The translations under genes and the position numbers were made by a program. A stretch of DNA of 44,190 nt. Source: Parcubacteria group bacterium. GTDB taxonomy: Bacteria > Patescibacteriota > Minisyncoccia > UBA6257 > UBA11618. Below, piece after piece: positions 35,345-42,020 of this stretch; the stretch's first letter is position 1; each line of letters begins with the position of its first letter. Below the pieces are notes generated by a model that worked only from the letters and a program-made list of their open reading frames with translations, was not told the DNA's origin and ran no database searches. The DNA lies in contig CALRGO010000004.1 of NCBI GenBank assembly GCA_943357895.1, forward strand, positions 1 through 44,190, written 5' to 3'.

Positions 35345-36170
35345 GCTTCGCTATGTATTTTTCGGCACGCCGGAATTTGCGGCGGTAGTTTTAGAAGGAT
35401 TGTGCGCGGCAGGTATGCCGCCGGTTGCGGTGGTGACGAATCCCGACCGACCGCAGGGACGGAAGAAAGTTGTTACGGCTCCGGCCGTCAAGCTATCCAC
35501 TATCCACTACTCACTATCCACTCCGGTATTACAGCCGGAAAAATTGGATGAGGCTTTTATTAATGAATTACGCGCATTGAATGCCGAAGTCGGCGTGTTA
35601 GCCGCGTACGGGAAGATCGTCCCCCGTGCGGTGTTTAACATATTCCCGAAAGGCATCGTCGTGGTGCATCCCTCGCTTTTGCCTAAGTACCGCGGGGCGA
35701 CCCCGATACAGTCGGCGATCCTCGGGGGTGAAGACCTGACAGGCACGACGTTATTCGTAATGGACGAAAAAGTAGACCATGGGCCGGTGCTCGGCTCGGC
35801 ACAGATTCCGTTACTCGATATGGATACGTATTCTACGTTAGCCGACAAGCTCGCCGAGGCGAGCGCAGTATTGCTTGTAGAAACTTTACCGAAGTATGTA
35901 GTAGGCGAAATTACGCCCGTGCCGCAAAGCGAGGTGGGCGCCACCTATACGAAGAAGTTTACAAGCGAAGACGGGCGCGTTGATTTGGAAGAAGATGATG
36001 CGGTTGCCATATGGCGCAAGGTACGCGCATTAAACCCCGAGCCAGGCGTATGGACTATGAAGGACGGTAGGCGTATGAAAATTCTTGCGGCCGATTTAGT
36101 TGATGGAAGACTATCGCTCACGAAAACGCAGTTCGACGGCGAATTACCTAAAGACATGCCGTTCGCTTAA
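35328..36170 (+). CDS. fmt: Methionyl-tRNA formyltransferase
   Basis: Motifs seen are VFFGTPEFA, PDRPQGRKK and HPSLLPKYRGATPIQSAIL. It overlaps the def stop, as in a def-fmt operon. Confidence 0.9.
   Translation: MAMQNKLRYVFFGTPEFAAVVLEGLCAAGMPPVAVVTNPDRPQGRKKVVTAPAVKLSTIHYSLSTPVLQPEKLDEAFINELRALNAEVGVLAAYGKIVPRAVFNIFPKGIVVVHPSLLPKYRGATPIQSAILGGEDLTGTTLFVMDEKVDHGPVLGSAQIPLLDMDTYSTLADKLAEASAVLLVETLPKYVVGEITPVPQSEVGATYTKKFTSEDGRVDLEEDDAVAIWRKVRALNPEPGVWTMKDGRRMKILAADLVDGRLSLTKTQFDGELPKDMPFA
35494..35528 (+). repeat. Tandem heptamers TATCCAC TATCCAC TACTCAC TATCCAC followed by TCCGGTA, inside fmt
   Basis: Read directly from the sequence. It encodes ...STIHYSLST... within Fmt. Confidence 0.85.
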
Positions 36171-36247
36171 ATGCGTTCGGCGACGAAGTCCCAGTTTACC
36201 ACACTCCACCCCTCCTTCGCTAAAGCTACGGGAGGGCAGGTACGCTT

Positions 36248-36853
36248 TTACGCTTTAATTCTTCGCTCTACTTCATCCCAGTTCACGATATTCCAAAAAG
36301 CAGTGACATAATCCGCGCGGCGGTTTTGGTAGTTTAAGTAATAGGCATGCTCCCATACGTCGATGCCGAGCACGGGCGTCAATTTTTGCATGAGGGGGCT
36401 GTCTTGGTTTGCGTTCATGATAATCTTTAACCCTTCGACTTCGCTCAGGGCTAGCCATACCCAGCCGCTGCCGAAAATGCCGAGGGCGTTTTTCGTAAAT
36501 TCTTCTTTAAAAGCGTCGAAGCTACCGAAGGTTTTAGTAATGGCTTCGGCAAGTGTGCCCTTGGGTGCGTTGTTCTCGCGCACAGGGCGAAGCATGGTCC
36601 AAAAAAGCGAGTGGTTGTGGTGCCCCCCGCCGTGGTTGCGCACCGTCATGCGGATACTGGGCGGAAGCGTTTCGAGATTTAATAATAATTCCTCAATCGG
36701 CTTCCCCTGCCATGCAGGTTCTTTCATAAGTGCTTCGTTTAATTTTGCGACGTATGTCGCATGGTGCTTACCATGGTGCAGTTCCATAGTGCGCGCGTCG
36801 ATTACCGGTTCGAGCGCGTCGTATGCGTAGGGTAGCTTAGGGAGTTCGTACAT
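36248..36853 (-). CDS. sodA: Fe/Mn superoxide dismutase
   Basis: Motifs seen are [33 protein letters not shown] and FWNIVNW. Confidence 0.93.
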   Translation of the reverse strand: MYELPKLPYAYDALEPVIDARTMELHHGKHHATYVAKLNEALMKEPAWQGKPIEELLLNLETLPPSIRMTVRNHGGGHHNHSLFWTMLRPVRENNAPKGTLAEAITKTFGSFDAFKEEFTKNALGIFGSGWVWLALSEVEGLKIIMNANQDSPLMQKLTPVLGIDVWEHAYYLNYQNRRADYVTAFWNIVNWDEVERRIKA

Positions 36854-36881
36854 ATACGGAGTGGGTAGTGAATAGTGGGTA
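36854..36881 (-). repeat. Tandem heptamers TACCCAC TATTCAC TACCCAC followed by TCCGTAT immediately upstream of the sodA ATG
   Basis: The minus-strand reading of 36881-36854 is 23/27 identical to the fmt repeat block. It fills the space between the putative -10 and the start codon. Confidence 0.85.
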
Positions 36882-36888
36882 GAGCGAC

Positions 36889-36894
36889 ATTATA
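36889..36894 (-). promoter_or_regulatory. Putative sodA -10 box (TATAAT)
   Basis: A perfect TATAAT sits on the minus strand 35 nt upstream of the sodA ATG. The -35 (TATGCA) is weak. Confidence 0.4.
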
Positions 36895-36911
36895 ACGATA
36901 CCGTATTTATA

Positions 36912-36944
36912 TGCATAAAACAAAACGCCCCCTCACAGGGCGTT
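36912..36944 (-). terminator. Rho-independent terminator for the 147-aa gene
   Basis: The stem pairs AACGCCC (36924-36930) with GGGCGTT (36938-36944). On the minus strand it is followed by TTTTGTTTT. Confidence 0.6.
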
Positions 36945-36973
36945 CTTGCTATCAAGTATAGCATAAAGAGTTT

Positions 36974-37417
36974 TTATATATGCAAGTACGAGAATATTAT
37001 TTGTTGTTTATCTTTGAATATAATTTCCGCCGGTGCTTTTCTATATTGAACGGCATCCACGAATACGGTGAGCGTATAGTCGCTCCGTTCTATAGGCTTA
37101 CCCCAAACGCGGAAGAAGTCGCCTAAGGAATACGGATATACGTCCTGTGCCTCGACGTGGAGTGTACCGCTTCCGTCATGTGTATGGAGCGCGCTTTGGC
37201 AGGCTGCCGTAACGCCGATATCTGTTGGTATGGCTTCCAGTACGCCGTCTACTACAATTTGCAACGTCGCGTGTTGGTGCTGTTCCAAAAATACTTCGGG
37301 GTCGAGGCATGGCACGGGCCGAACGGCTGTTTGCTTTTGGTACGCGCCGTACATATTAAAACCAAGAAGGACGACGGCGAGTAGTAAGAGCGGTGTAATC
37401 CAATTACGAGTTTTCAT
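36974..37417 (-). CDS. Membrane-anchored hypothetical protein with HTHDGSG motif (possible metal-binding)
   Basis: 147 aa with an N-terminal TM helix. Conserved-looking segments are HQHATLQIVVDG...IPTDIG...C..ALHTHDGSGTLHVE...LGDFFRVWG. Family not identified. Confidence 0.5.
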   Translation of the reverse strand: MKTRNWITPLLLLAVVLLGFNMYGAYQKQTAVRPVPCLDPEVFLEQHQHATLQIVVDGVLEAIPTDIGVTAACQSALHTHDGSGTLHVEAQDVYPYSLGDFFRVWGKPIERSDYTLTVFVDAVQYRKAPAEIIFKDKQQIIFSYLHI

Positions 37418-37565
37418 TTACCATGATTAAAGCTGAAGGAGGTTAGGTGTGGCAAGGGCTGTGGAGAACTTGCTATGCGCTTATAAGCTATTTTTGGTAT
37501 GCTATAAATGCATTGGTATAAATTAACAAAGGTCGCGATGCGTGAATAATCAGTATTGTAAATAT

Positions 37566-37886
37566 ATGAATTCTAAGCAAATAGGTCATTGGGTATTTTC
37601 CCTCGGCCTCGTGCTCGCGGTTGTCAGTCCTTTTGTCTTTATTCCTTATACCGGAATAATTTTATTTATTCTCGGTATTATTATCGGATACGTTAATATC
37701 AAGGGAAATGAAGGTCATTCATTTTTACTCGCGGTGATTGCGCTCGTCGTTATTGGGGTTGGTAGTATCCAGCTATTGGCGTTAACTTCGCCGGTTGTGG
37801 CGATACTCACGAATATTATCGCTTTAGCATCCCCTGCGGCGTTAGTAGTTGCGGTTAAGCAAATACTCACCACTAGTAAGGCGTAA
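37566..37886 (+). CDS. Small integral membrane protein (3-4 TM), hypothetical
   Basis: Hydrophobic throughout. ATG 37566 is preferred over the GTG at 37542 used by the ORF track. Confidence 0.5.
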   Translation: MNSKQIGHWVFSLGLVLAVVSPFVFIPYTGIILFILGIIIGYVNIKGNEGHSFLLAVIALVVIGVGSIQLLALTSPVVAILTNIIALASPAALVVAVKQILTTSKA

Positions 37887-37911
37887 GTACGGATACGAAG
37901 CGTAGTAAATG

Positions 37912-37959
37912 AAAAGAGTTCTCCGGAGGTATATCCTCAACGAGAACTCTTTTCTTTTC
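37912..37959 (+). terminator. Rho-independent terminator
   Basis: A 12-bp stem pairs AAAAGAGTTCTC with GAGAACTCTTTT, with an inner stem, followed by TCTTTTC. Confidence 0.7.
37945..37959 (+). repeat. 15-nt direct repeat AACTCTTTTCTTTTC, left copy
   Basis: Identical 15-mer at 38255-38269. The two copies bracket the tRNA-Gln(CUG) unit. Confidence 0.9.
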
Positions 37960-37967
37960 CGCATATA

Positions 37968-37996
37968 TTGATTAAAAGGCGTATTTATTGCATTAT
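37968..37996 (+). promoter_or_regulatory. Putative promoter of tRNA-Gln(CUG): TTGATT-N17-CATTAT
   Basis: Hexamers lie at 37968-37973 and 37991-37996, 15 nt upstream of the tRNA 5' end. Confidence 0.4.
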
Positions 37997-38011
37997 TATG
38001 AGCGTAATTAC

Positions 38012-38082
38012 TGCCGGATCATCTAGTGGTAGGATAGCGGACTCTGAATCCGTTCACCTTGGTTCGAATCCAAGTCCGGCAA
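38012..38082 (+). tRNA. tRNA-Gln (anticodon CUG)
   Basis: Acceptor TGCCGGA/TCCGGCA, anticodon stem GCGGA/TCCGT with loop CTCTGAA, T-arm CTTGG-TTCGAAT-CCAAG. 71 nt. Confidence 0.9.
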
Positions 38083-38100
38083 CTAAGTTTTTCATTATAA

Positions 38101-38253
38101 TGCCGGACTTGGATTCGAACCGAAAAGGGGGTCGGGGAAAAAGTTTAAGGTTTTCCCCGTGTAGGAAATTAGGCCTTTTTAGGCCGTGAGAAACCGAGGG
38201 TTTCTCAGGAGGAGGTTATTAAACCGACGACGTTCGGCTGCCAGTCCGGCAAC
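38101..38253. other. Structured element built from tRNA-Gln end sequences (candidate ncRNA or insertion scar)
   Basis: 38101-38121 is the exact reverse complement of tRNA positions 38061-38081. AGTCCGGCAAC at 38243-38253 repeats 38073-38083. A 9-bp closing stem pairs 38101-38109 with 38243-38251. Internal hairpins lie at 38133-38159, 38172-38185 and 38187-38207, followed by AGGAGGAGG at 38207-38215. Confidence 0.5.
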
Positions 38254-38254
38254 A

Positions 38255-38269
38255 AACTCTTTTCTTTTC
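38255..38269 (+). repeat. 15-nt direct repeat AACTCTTTTCTTTTC, right copy
   Basis: Identical to 37945-37959. Confidence 0.9.
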
Positions 38270-38482
38270 TTAAATACTCGTTAAATAAAGCCACTCCACT
38301 TTCTCCCGTGCCCATGGGGTTTTGCGCAAAAAGACGAGGCTGGACTGTATGCTCGGATCTTTTGTAAAACAGTTGATTGTGATGCGGCGACCGAGCTCCT
38401 CCCAGCCGTAGCGTTCTACTAAAAATTCCAATATCGCTTTAAGCGTTTTTCCGTGGAGCGGGTTATTAGGATGCTCGTTCAA
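38270..38482 (-). CDS. DUF2132 (VF530-like) small protein
   Basis: [56 protein letters not shown] matches my memory of the DUF2132 consensus. Confidence 0.6.
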   Translation of the reverse strand: MNEHPNNPLHGKTLKAILEFLVERYGWEELGRRITINCFTKDPSIQSSLVFLRKTPWAREKVEWLYLTSI

Positions 38483-38495
38483 TTGTATGCTGTTA

Positions 38496-38858
38496 CTATG
38501 CGAGTGTAATCACTAACGCCATTACGTAAAGCGATACGAAGCTTTCCGCGGCGTTGAAGGCGAATAATTTGAAGGACTTGCCTTCCCAGAGCCAGCTGCC
38601 GGCTTGGATTGGCATTACAAAGCCAAGCCATGGCCAGAACGCGAGCGTGAGTGCGAGCGTCCCCTGCGGCGCGATTTGCGATAAAACGAATGTCATTGCT
38701 TGTCATGGGGTAAGAGGTATGCTTCTCATATCTTTATCGGTAAATTTCATCATTCTGCGTCACGCTTTGCCGAATACCGGCCCGTACCATAACGCCCCCA
38801 CGGCTACGTTTGCGACTGCCGCCCCGATAACCGCCCAGTAATTTATTGTTATTTGCAT
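38496..38858 (-). pseudogene. DUF1761-like membrane protein interrupted by two in-frame TGA codons (pseudogene or TGA read as sense)
   Basis: A single frame reads MQITINYWAVIGAAVANVAVGALWYGPVFGKA-TGA-RRMMKFTDKDMRSIPLTP-TGA-QAMTFVLSQ...VITLA-TAG. The TGAs lie at 38762-38760 and 38705-38703, and there is no frameshift. Confidence 0.5.
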
Positions 38859-38872
38859 GAGGTAGGTATAGC

Positions 38873-39646
38873 TTATTTTTTATTTTCTTCCGGTTTTTTC
38901 GTAGGGAATTCTATGAGGATGGGGCTTTTCCATTTTGAATCTAAGTCGAACGGCGGCGCCGTAGTCCGTTCGAAATTTCCTGCAAAATCTCCGGGGAAAA
39001 TGCCGTCGGGATATATGTAAAAAGTGGATGGCTTGCTTTGGAGTGGCGGTATGAAGGGCACTCTTTTGCCTCGCGCATCAGTGGTTATTTGATATACAGG
39101 TCCTACGATATCGGCTATGGCGCAAGCAACTAATTTGGAACAAAAATATGCTTGGTCTGGTGTGGGCGGCACGGGACTTATTTTTGGTGTATCGGCTGCG
39201 AGGAGGAGAGTATTTTTTTCGTCATATGGCTTCCCTACTTGTCCTTCAAGAAATGCGGTAAGGGTGGCACTTTGTTTGATATTAAGTGGTGGCCATTTTT
39301 GGCGTATGAGTATAGTATCCGGATCGGTTTCGAGGTACGAAGGGTTTTCTGCAAGAACGCCTTTTTTAGCAACGGTGGGGCTGCCACTACGTGTGCTGTT
39401 ACCTTTGTCGCCAATCGCATGATACATTTTTAATACGCCCTTTTTATTGTATGCAAATATGCCTACATGGGTGATCGGGCTGCCGGTCATTTGTTTATAA
39501 AATTTTTGACGATCCGTGTCGTCAGCTTTAAAAAATACCAAGTCTCCCGGTTGGGGGGTGTATAGTTTTGGCAGAAGTTGAGCATACGTTGGCGCATATA
39601 CGCATAATGCGCTAATCATGAGTGCGATGAATAAGAACTTCTTCAC
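38873..39646 (-). CDS. Secreted YiiX/YaeF-like permuted papain-fold amidase (peptidase C92-like)
   Basis: It has a signal peptide, PGDLVFF, ITHVGIF, GKPYD and AYFCSKLVACA, with His before Cys as in the permuted arrangement. The start codon is GTG. Confidence 0.6.
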   Translation of the reverse strand: MKKFLFIALMISALCVYAPTYAQLLPKLYTPQPGDLVFFKADDTDRQKFYKQMTGSPITHVGIFAYNKKGVLKMYHAIGDKGNSTRSGSPTVAKKGVLAENPSYLETDPDTILIRQKWPPLNIKQSATLTAFLEGQVGKPYDEKNTLLLAADTPKISPVPPTPDQAYFCSKLVACAIADIVGPVYQITTDARGKRVPFIPPLQSKPSTFYIYPDGIFPGDFAGNFERTTAPPFDLDSKWKSPILIEFPTKKPEENKK

Positions 39647-39653
39647 GCTTATA

Positions 39654-39684
39654 AGTATACCACCGATATTTTTCGTGGTATACT
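39654..39684. promoter_or_regulatory. 10-bp inverted repeat carrying two back-to-back extended -10 elements (TGgTATACT on each strand)
   Basis: AGTATACCAC (39654-39663) pairs with GTGGTATACT (39675-39684). The minus-strand copy lies 7 nt upstream of GTG 39646, and the plus-strand copy lies 6 nt upstream of ATG 39691. Confidence 0.5.
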
Positions 39685-39690
39685 AAGCCG

Positions 39691-39801
39691 ATGGAAAAGC
39701 GGCGGTCGTTCATATTGCAATATGTCCAACCCGGTTTATTGGGGTTGATGGGGTATACGCCAAATGGTATTCGTCGCGTTGGCCCCGAGCCGCATAATTA
39801 G
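39691..39801 (+). CDS. Possible 36-aa ORF (MEKRRSFILQYVQPGLLGLMGYTPNGIRRVGPEPHN), perhaps a gene remnant
   Basis: Only the promoter geometry supports it. It is not in the ORF track because it is too short. Confidence 0.2.
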   Translation: MEKRRSFILQYVQPGLLGLMGYTPNGIRRVGPEPHN

Positions 39802-39924
39802 GGTGTAATGGCATGGGTATTTTACTGTCTATTTTTGGCGGAGACCGTATTGCAAAAATTGTGAGCGGCGAGGTGGTACCGCCATCGATATTCGACGTTC
39901 CCGCGGCGCATTAAAAATTTCAGC

Positions 39925-40476
39925 ATGGATTTTTTTAAGGATATTAAAACAGTTGCGACTATTGCGCATGTCTTCTCTGCCGTATGCGCCATGGGCGCGG
40001 CGCTTGCGTCCGACGTACTGTTTAATTTTTACCGGACAGATAAGAAATTGTCGTACATGGAGCTGCGGACGCTCGCGACCCTTTCTCGCTTCGTGTGGTA
40101 TGGGCTTATTGCCATTATTATCTCCGGCGTTGCTATTTTTCTTTCCGATCCTGCGTACTATCTCGCTTCGTCTAAATTTCTCGCGAAGATGACTATTGTG
40201 GGTATTCTTATTGTTAATGGATTCATTATTGATCGGTTTATATGGCATCATCTTTCGCATACGGAATTTTTAGTGTCGAAAAAGGAAAAAACGGTGCGCA
40301 GGGCAGCCTTTATATGCGGAACTATTTCCGTTATTTCGTGGACATCTGTTCTCTCTTTGGGTGTTTTAGATAGTGTGCGGTTTTCATACGGAGCTATTAT
40401 AGGGGTATACGGAAGCACTATATTTATAGGCGCGCTCGCCGCGCTTATAATCGAATGGCACGCGTTTAAAACGTAA
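39925..40476 (+). CDS. Integral membrane protein (about 5 TM), hypothetical
   Basis: 183 aa with alternating hydrophobic helices. The antisense ORF 39829-40260 is rejected. Confidence 0.55.
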   Translation: MDFFKDIKTVATIAHVFSAVCAMGAALASDVLFNFYRTDKKLSYMELRTLATLSRFVWYGLIAIIISGVAIFLSDPAYYLASSKFLAKMTIVGILIVNGFIIDRFIWHHLSHTEFLVSKKEKTVRRAAFICGTISVISWTSVLSLGVLDSVRFSYGAIIGVYGSTIFIGALAALIIEWHAFKT

Positions 40477-40528
40477 GCACAAGCGCCATGGCAAAAGCGA
40501 ATTATAGCCATCGGACTTATAATAAGTG

Positions 40529-40768
40529 ATGTTTTACTTTACCTATATCCTCGAATGCGCGGACGGGACGCTGTACTGCGGTTCGACGAATGATGTGGCG
40601 CGCCGACTCACGGCGCATAACGGCTTAAAGAGCGGGGCAAAGTATACGCGGGCACGCCGTCCTGTCATATTAAAATATACGGAGAAGTTTAAAACGGCGA
40701 CTGAGGCAAAGAAGCGTGAGGCCGAGATAAAAAGCTGGACACGTGAAGAAAAATTAGCCCTATTTTAG
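40529..40768 (+). CDS. GIY-YIG nuclease superfamily protein (UPF0213/YhbQ-like)
   Basis: It carries YFTYILECADGTLYCGSTNDVARRLTAHN and KKREAEIKSWTREEK. TATAAT (40518-40523) lies 5 nt upstream of ATG 40529. Confidence 0.85.
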   Translation: MFYFTYILECADGTLYCGSTNDVARRLTAHNGLKSGAKYTRARRPVILKYTEKFKTATEAKKREAEIKSWTREEKLALF

Positions 40769-40773
40769 GGGCT

Positions 40774-40802
40774 ATTGCCAGAATACGGCAGATACGCTAT
40801 AA
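40774..40802 (+). promoter_or_regulatory. Sigma-70-type promoter of the cold-shock gene: TTGCCA-N17-TATAAT
   Basis: Hexamers lie at 40774-40779 and 40797-40802. The predicted leader of about 60 nt is as expected for csp genes. Confidence 0.6.
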
Positions 40803-40867
40803 TGGGGGTACTGTATTTGTAATAGGATGCGGGCAAAAGTCGAAGTACAATCAACTAGAAAACTAGA

Positions 40868-41065
40868 ATGACAGGAACAATCAAGACTCTGTTGGACAAG
40901 GGATTCGGTTTTATCTCTCGCGAAGGCGAGGCAAAGGACCTTTTCTTTCACTCCAACGAATTGAAGGGTGTTATGTTCGACGACCTCAAGGTCGGCGACC
41001 AGGTATCCTTCGAGATCGTTGACGGCCAAAAGGGCCCGGCAGCGACAAACGTCTCGCGCGTCTAA
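40868..41065 (+). CDS. cspA: Cold-shock protein (CspA family)
   Basis: It carries GTIKTLLDKGFGFISREG (RNP1), DLFFHSNEL (RNP2) and a 65-aa OB fold. Confidence 0.95.
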   Translation: MTGTIKTLLDKGFGFISREGEAKDLFFHSNELKGVMFDDLKVGDQVSFEIVDGQKGPAATNVSRV

Positions 41066-41076
41066 CGCGTTAGGTG

Positions 41077-41106
41077 CAAAAAACTCCCCGTACGGGGAGT
41101 TTTTTG
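41077..41106. terminator. Bidirectional terminator
   Basis: AAAAAACTCCCCGTACGGGGAGTTTTTT contains a perfect palindrome at 41084-41099. Confidence 0.75.
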
Positions 41107-41114
41107 TTGCGCAT

Positions 41115-41957
41115 TTATTCGTGGCCGCCTTTACCGTGGCCGCCTGCCACGCCTTGGATTGCTGGTACGACGAAGTCGAACGTACGCACTATTCCCTTTT
41201 GATTAATTTCTAAAAATATTTTGTAGTCACCGCCAAACGGGAAGGTTGTTCCAAGTGTTATGGTTCCCGTTTGGTGTGACCCGATGCCGTGGGTATGGAC
41301 GTATTCTAACGTGCCGTTACGGATAATTACCGCATGCGCCATGGCGCCTAAGTAGGGCTCGAGGTCTGTAATAAGGCGCCCGCCCTGTTTCACTTCAAAC
41401 GAGAGTGTTGTCATTTCGCCAGACCGGACTTCTGTTGGGTTGGTAGTGAGCGTAACCGTATATCCTTCGGCCTCATACTTCGCCTTAGGCATAAGGCGCT
41501 CCATTGCCGGATATGCCAATTCGTCCCCCACGGGCATGTCTTCGTGTATAACGGTATTCCCCTCGCCTTCGGGCGTAAAGTCGGCGAATATGCGGTATTC
41601 CCCATCACTTTTAAACGTTGCGTCCGCACGGGTAAACTCCCCTGTTTGTTTATTAAACGTGGGGTGTAGGTGTTGGAACAACCCTAAGTCTTTGCGGACG
41701 ACGATAAGGTGTAAGAGTTTTTCATGGGCGGTTATGAAATTCGTAACAACCTTTCCTTTTGTATTAAATATGGTGAAGGTGTATGCATCAGCCTTATTTG
41801 GCTCGCGCTCGATCATATTCTTATTTGAAGAGATGCAATATTTCGCGCCGTTTTGCGGCACGCAGGTAGGTACATCTTTCCCTTTTTTAATTATCGCGGC
41901 CGCTCCCCAGCCGATAACGGCGACGAGCACTACTATGCCGATATATTTCATTTTCAT
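41115..41957 (-). CDS. Membrane-anchored secreted protein with His-rich C-terminal tail (putative metal-binding), family unknown
   Basis: 280 aa with an N-terminal TM helix. It shows HEKLLHLIVVRKDLGLFQHLHP...GEYRIFADFTP and ends GGHGKGGHE. Confidence 0.45.
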   Translation of the reverse strand: MKMKYIGIVVLVAVIGWGAAAIIKKGKDVPTCVPQNGAKYCISSNKNMIEREPNKADAYTFTIFNTKGKVVTNFITAHEKLLHLIVVRKDLGLFQHLHPTFNKQTGEFTRADATFKSDGEYRIFADFTPEGEGNTVIHEDMPVGDELAYPAMERLMPKAKYEAEGYTVTLTTNPTEVRSGEMTTLSFEVKQGGRLITDLEPYLGAMAHAVIIRNGTLEYVHTHGIGSHQTGTITLGTTFPFGGDYKIFLEINQKGIVRTFDFVVPAIQGVAGGHGKGGHE

Positions 41958-42020
41958 GGAGCGAGCATATCATGTTCTATGCAATTGGAAAATATGCTGT
42001 AATCGGCGTATACTTGATAT

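Noticed and set aside
36201-36240. Hairpin CCCTCC...GGAGGG between convergent fmt and sodA as a terminator
   Set aside because: It has only a 6-bp stem with a 15-nt loop and no flanking T-run on either strand. That is too weak to call.
38101-38253. tmRNA (ssrA), or a tRNA with a large intron, on either strand
   Set aside because: The closing stem matches the tRNA-Gln acceptor (third pair C-G, not the G-U alanine identity of tmRNA). At about 150 nt it is far too short, with no tag reading frame, no intact T-arm on the plus strand, and no D or anticodon arms on the minus strand.
39811-39927. In-frame TGA upstream of the 39925 membrane-protein gene as a second recoding example
   Set aside because: The upstream frame (MAWVFYCLFLAETVLQKL-TGA-AARWYRHRYSTFPRR...) does not look like coding sequence, and MDFFKDIK is a normal N-terminus. 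This is coincidental.
39829-40260. 143-aa minus-strand ORF
   Set aside because: It is antisense to the membrane-protein gene at 39925-40476. Its Arg/Lys/Asn-rich composition is typical of a shadow frame.
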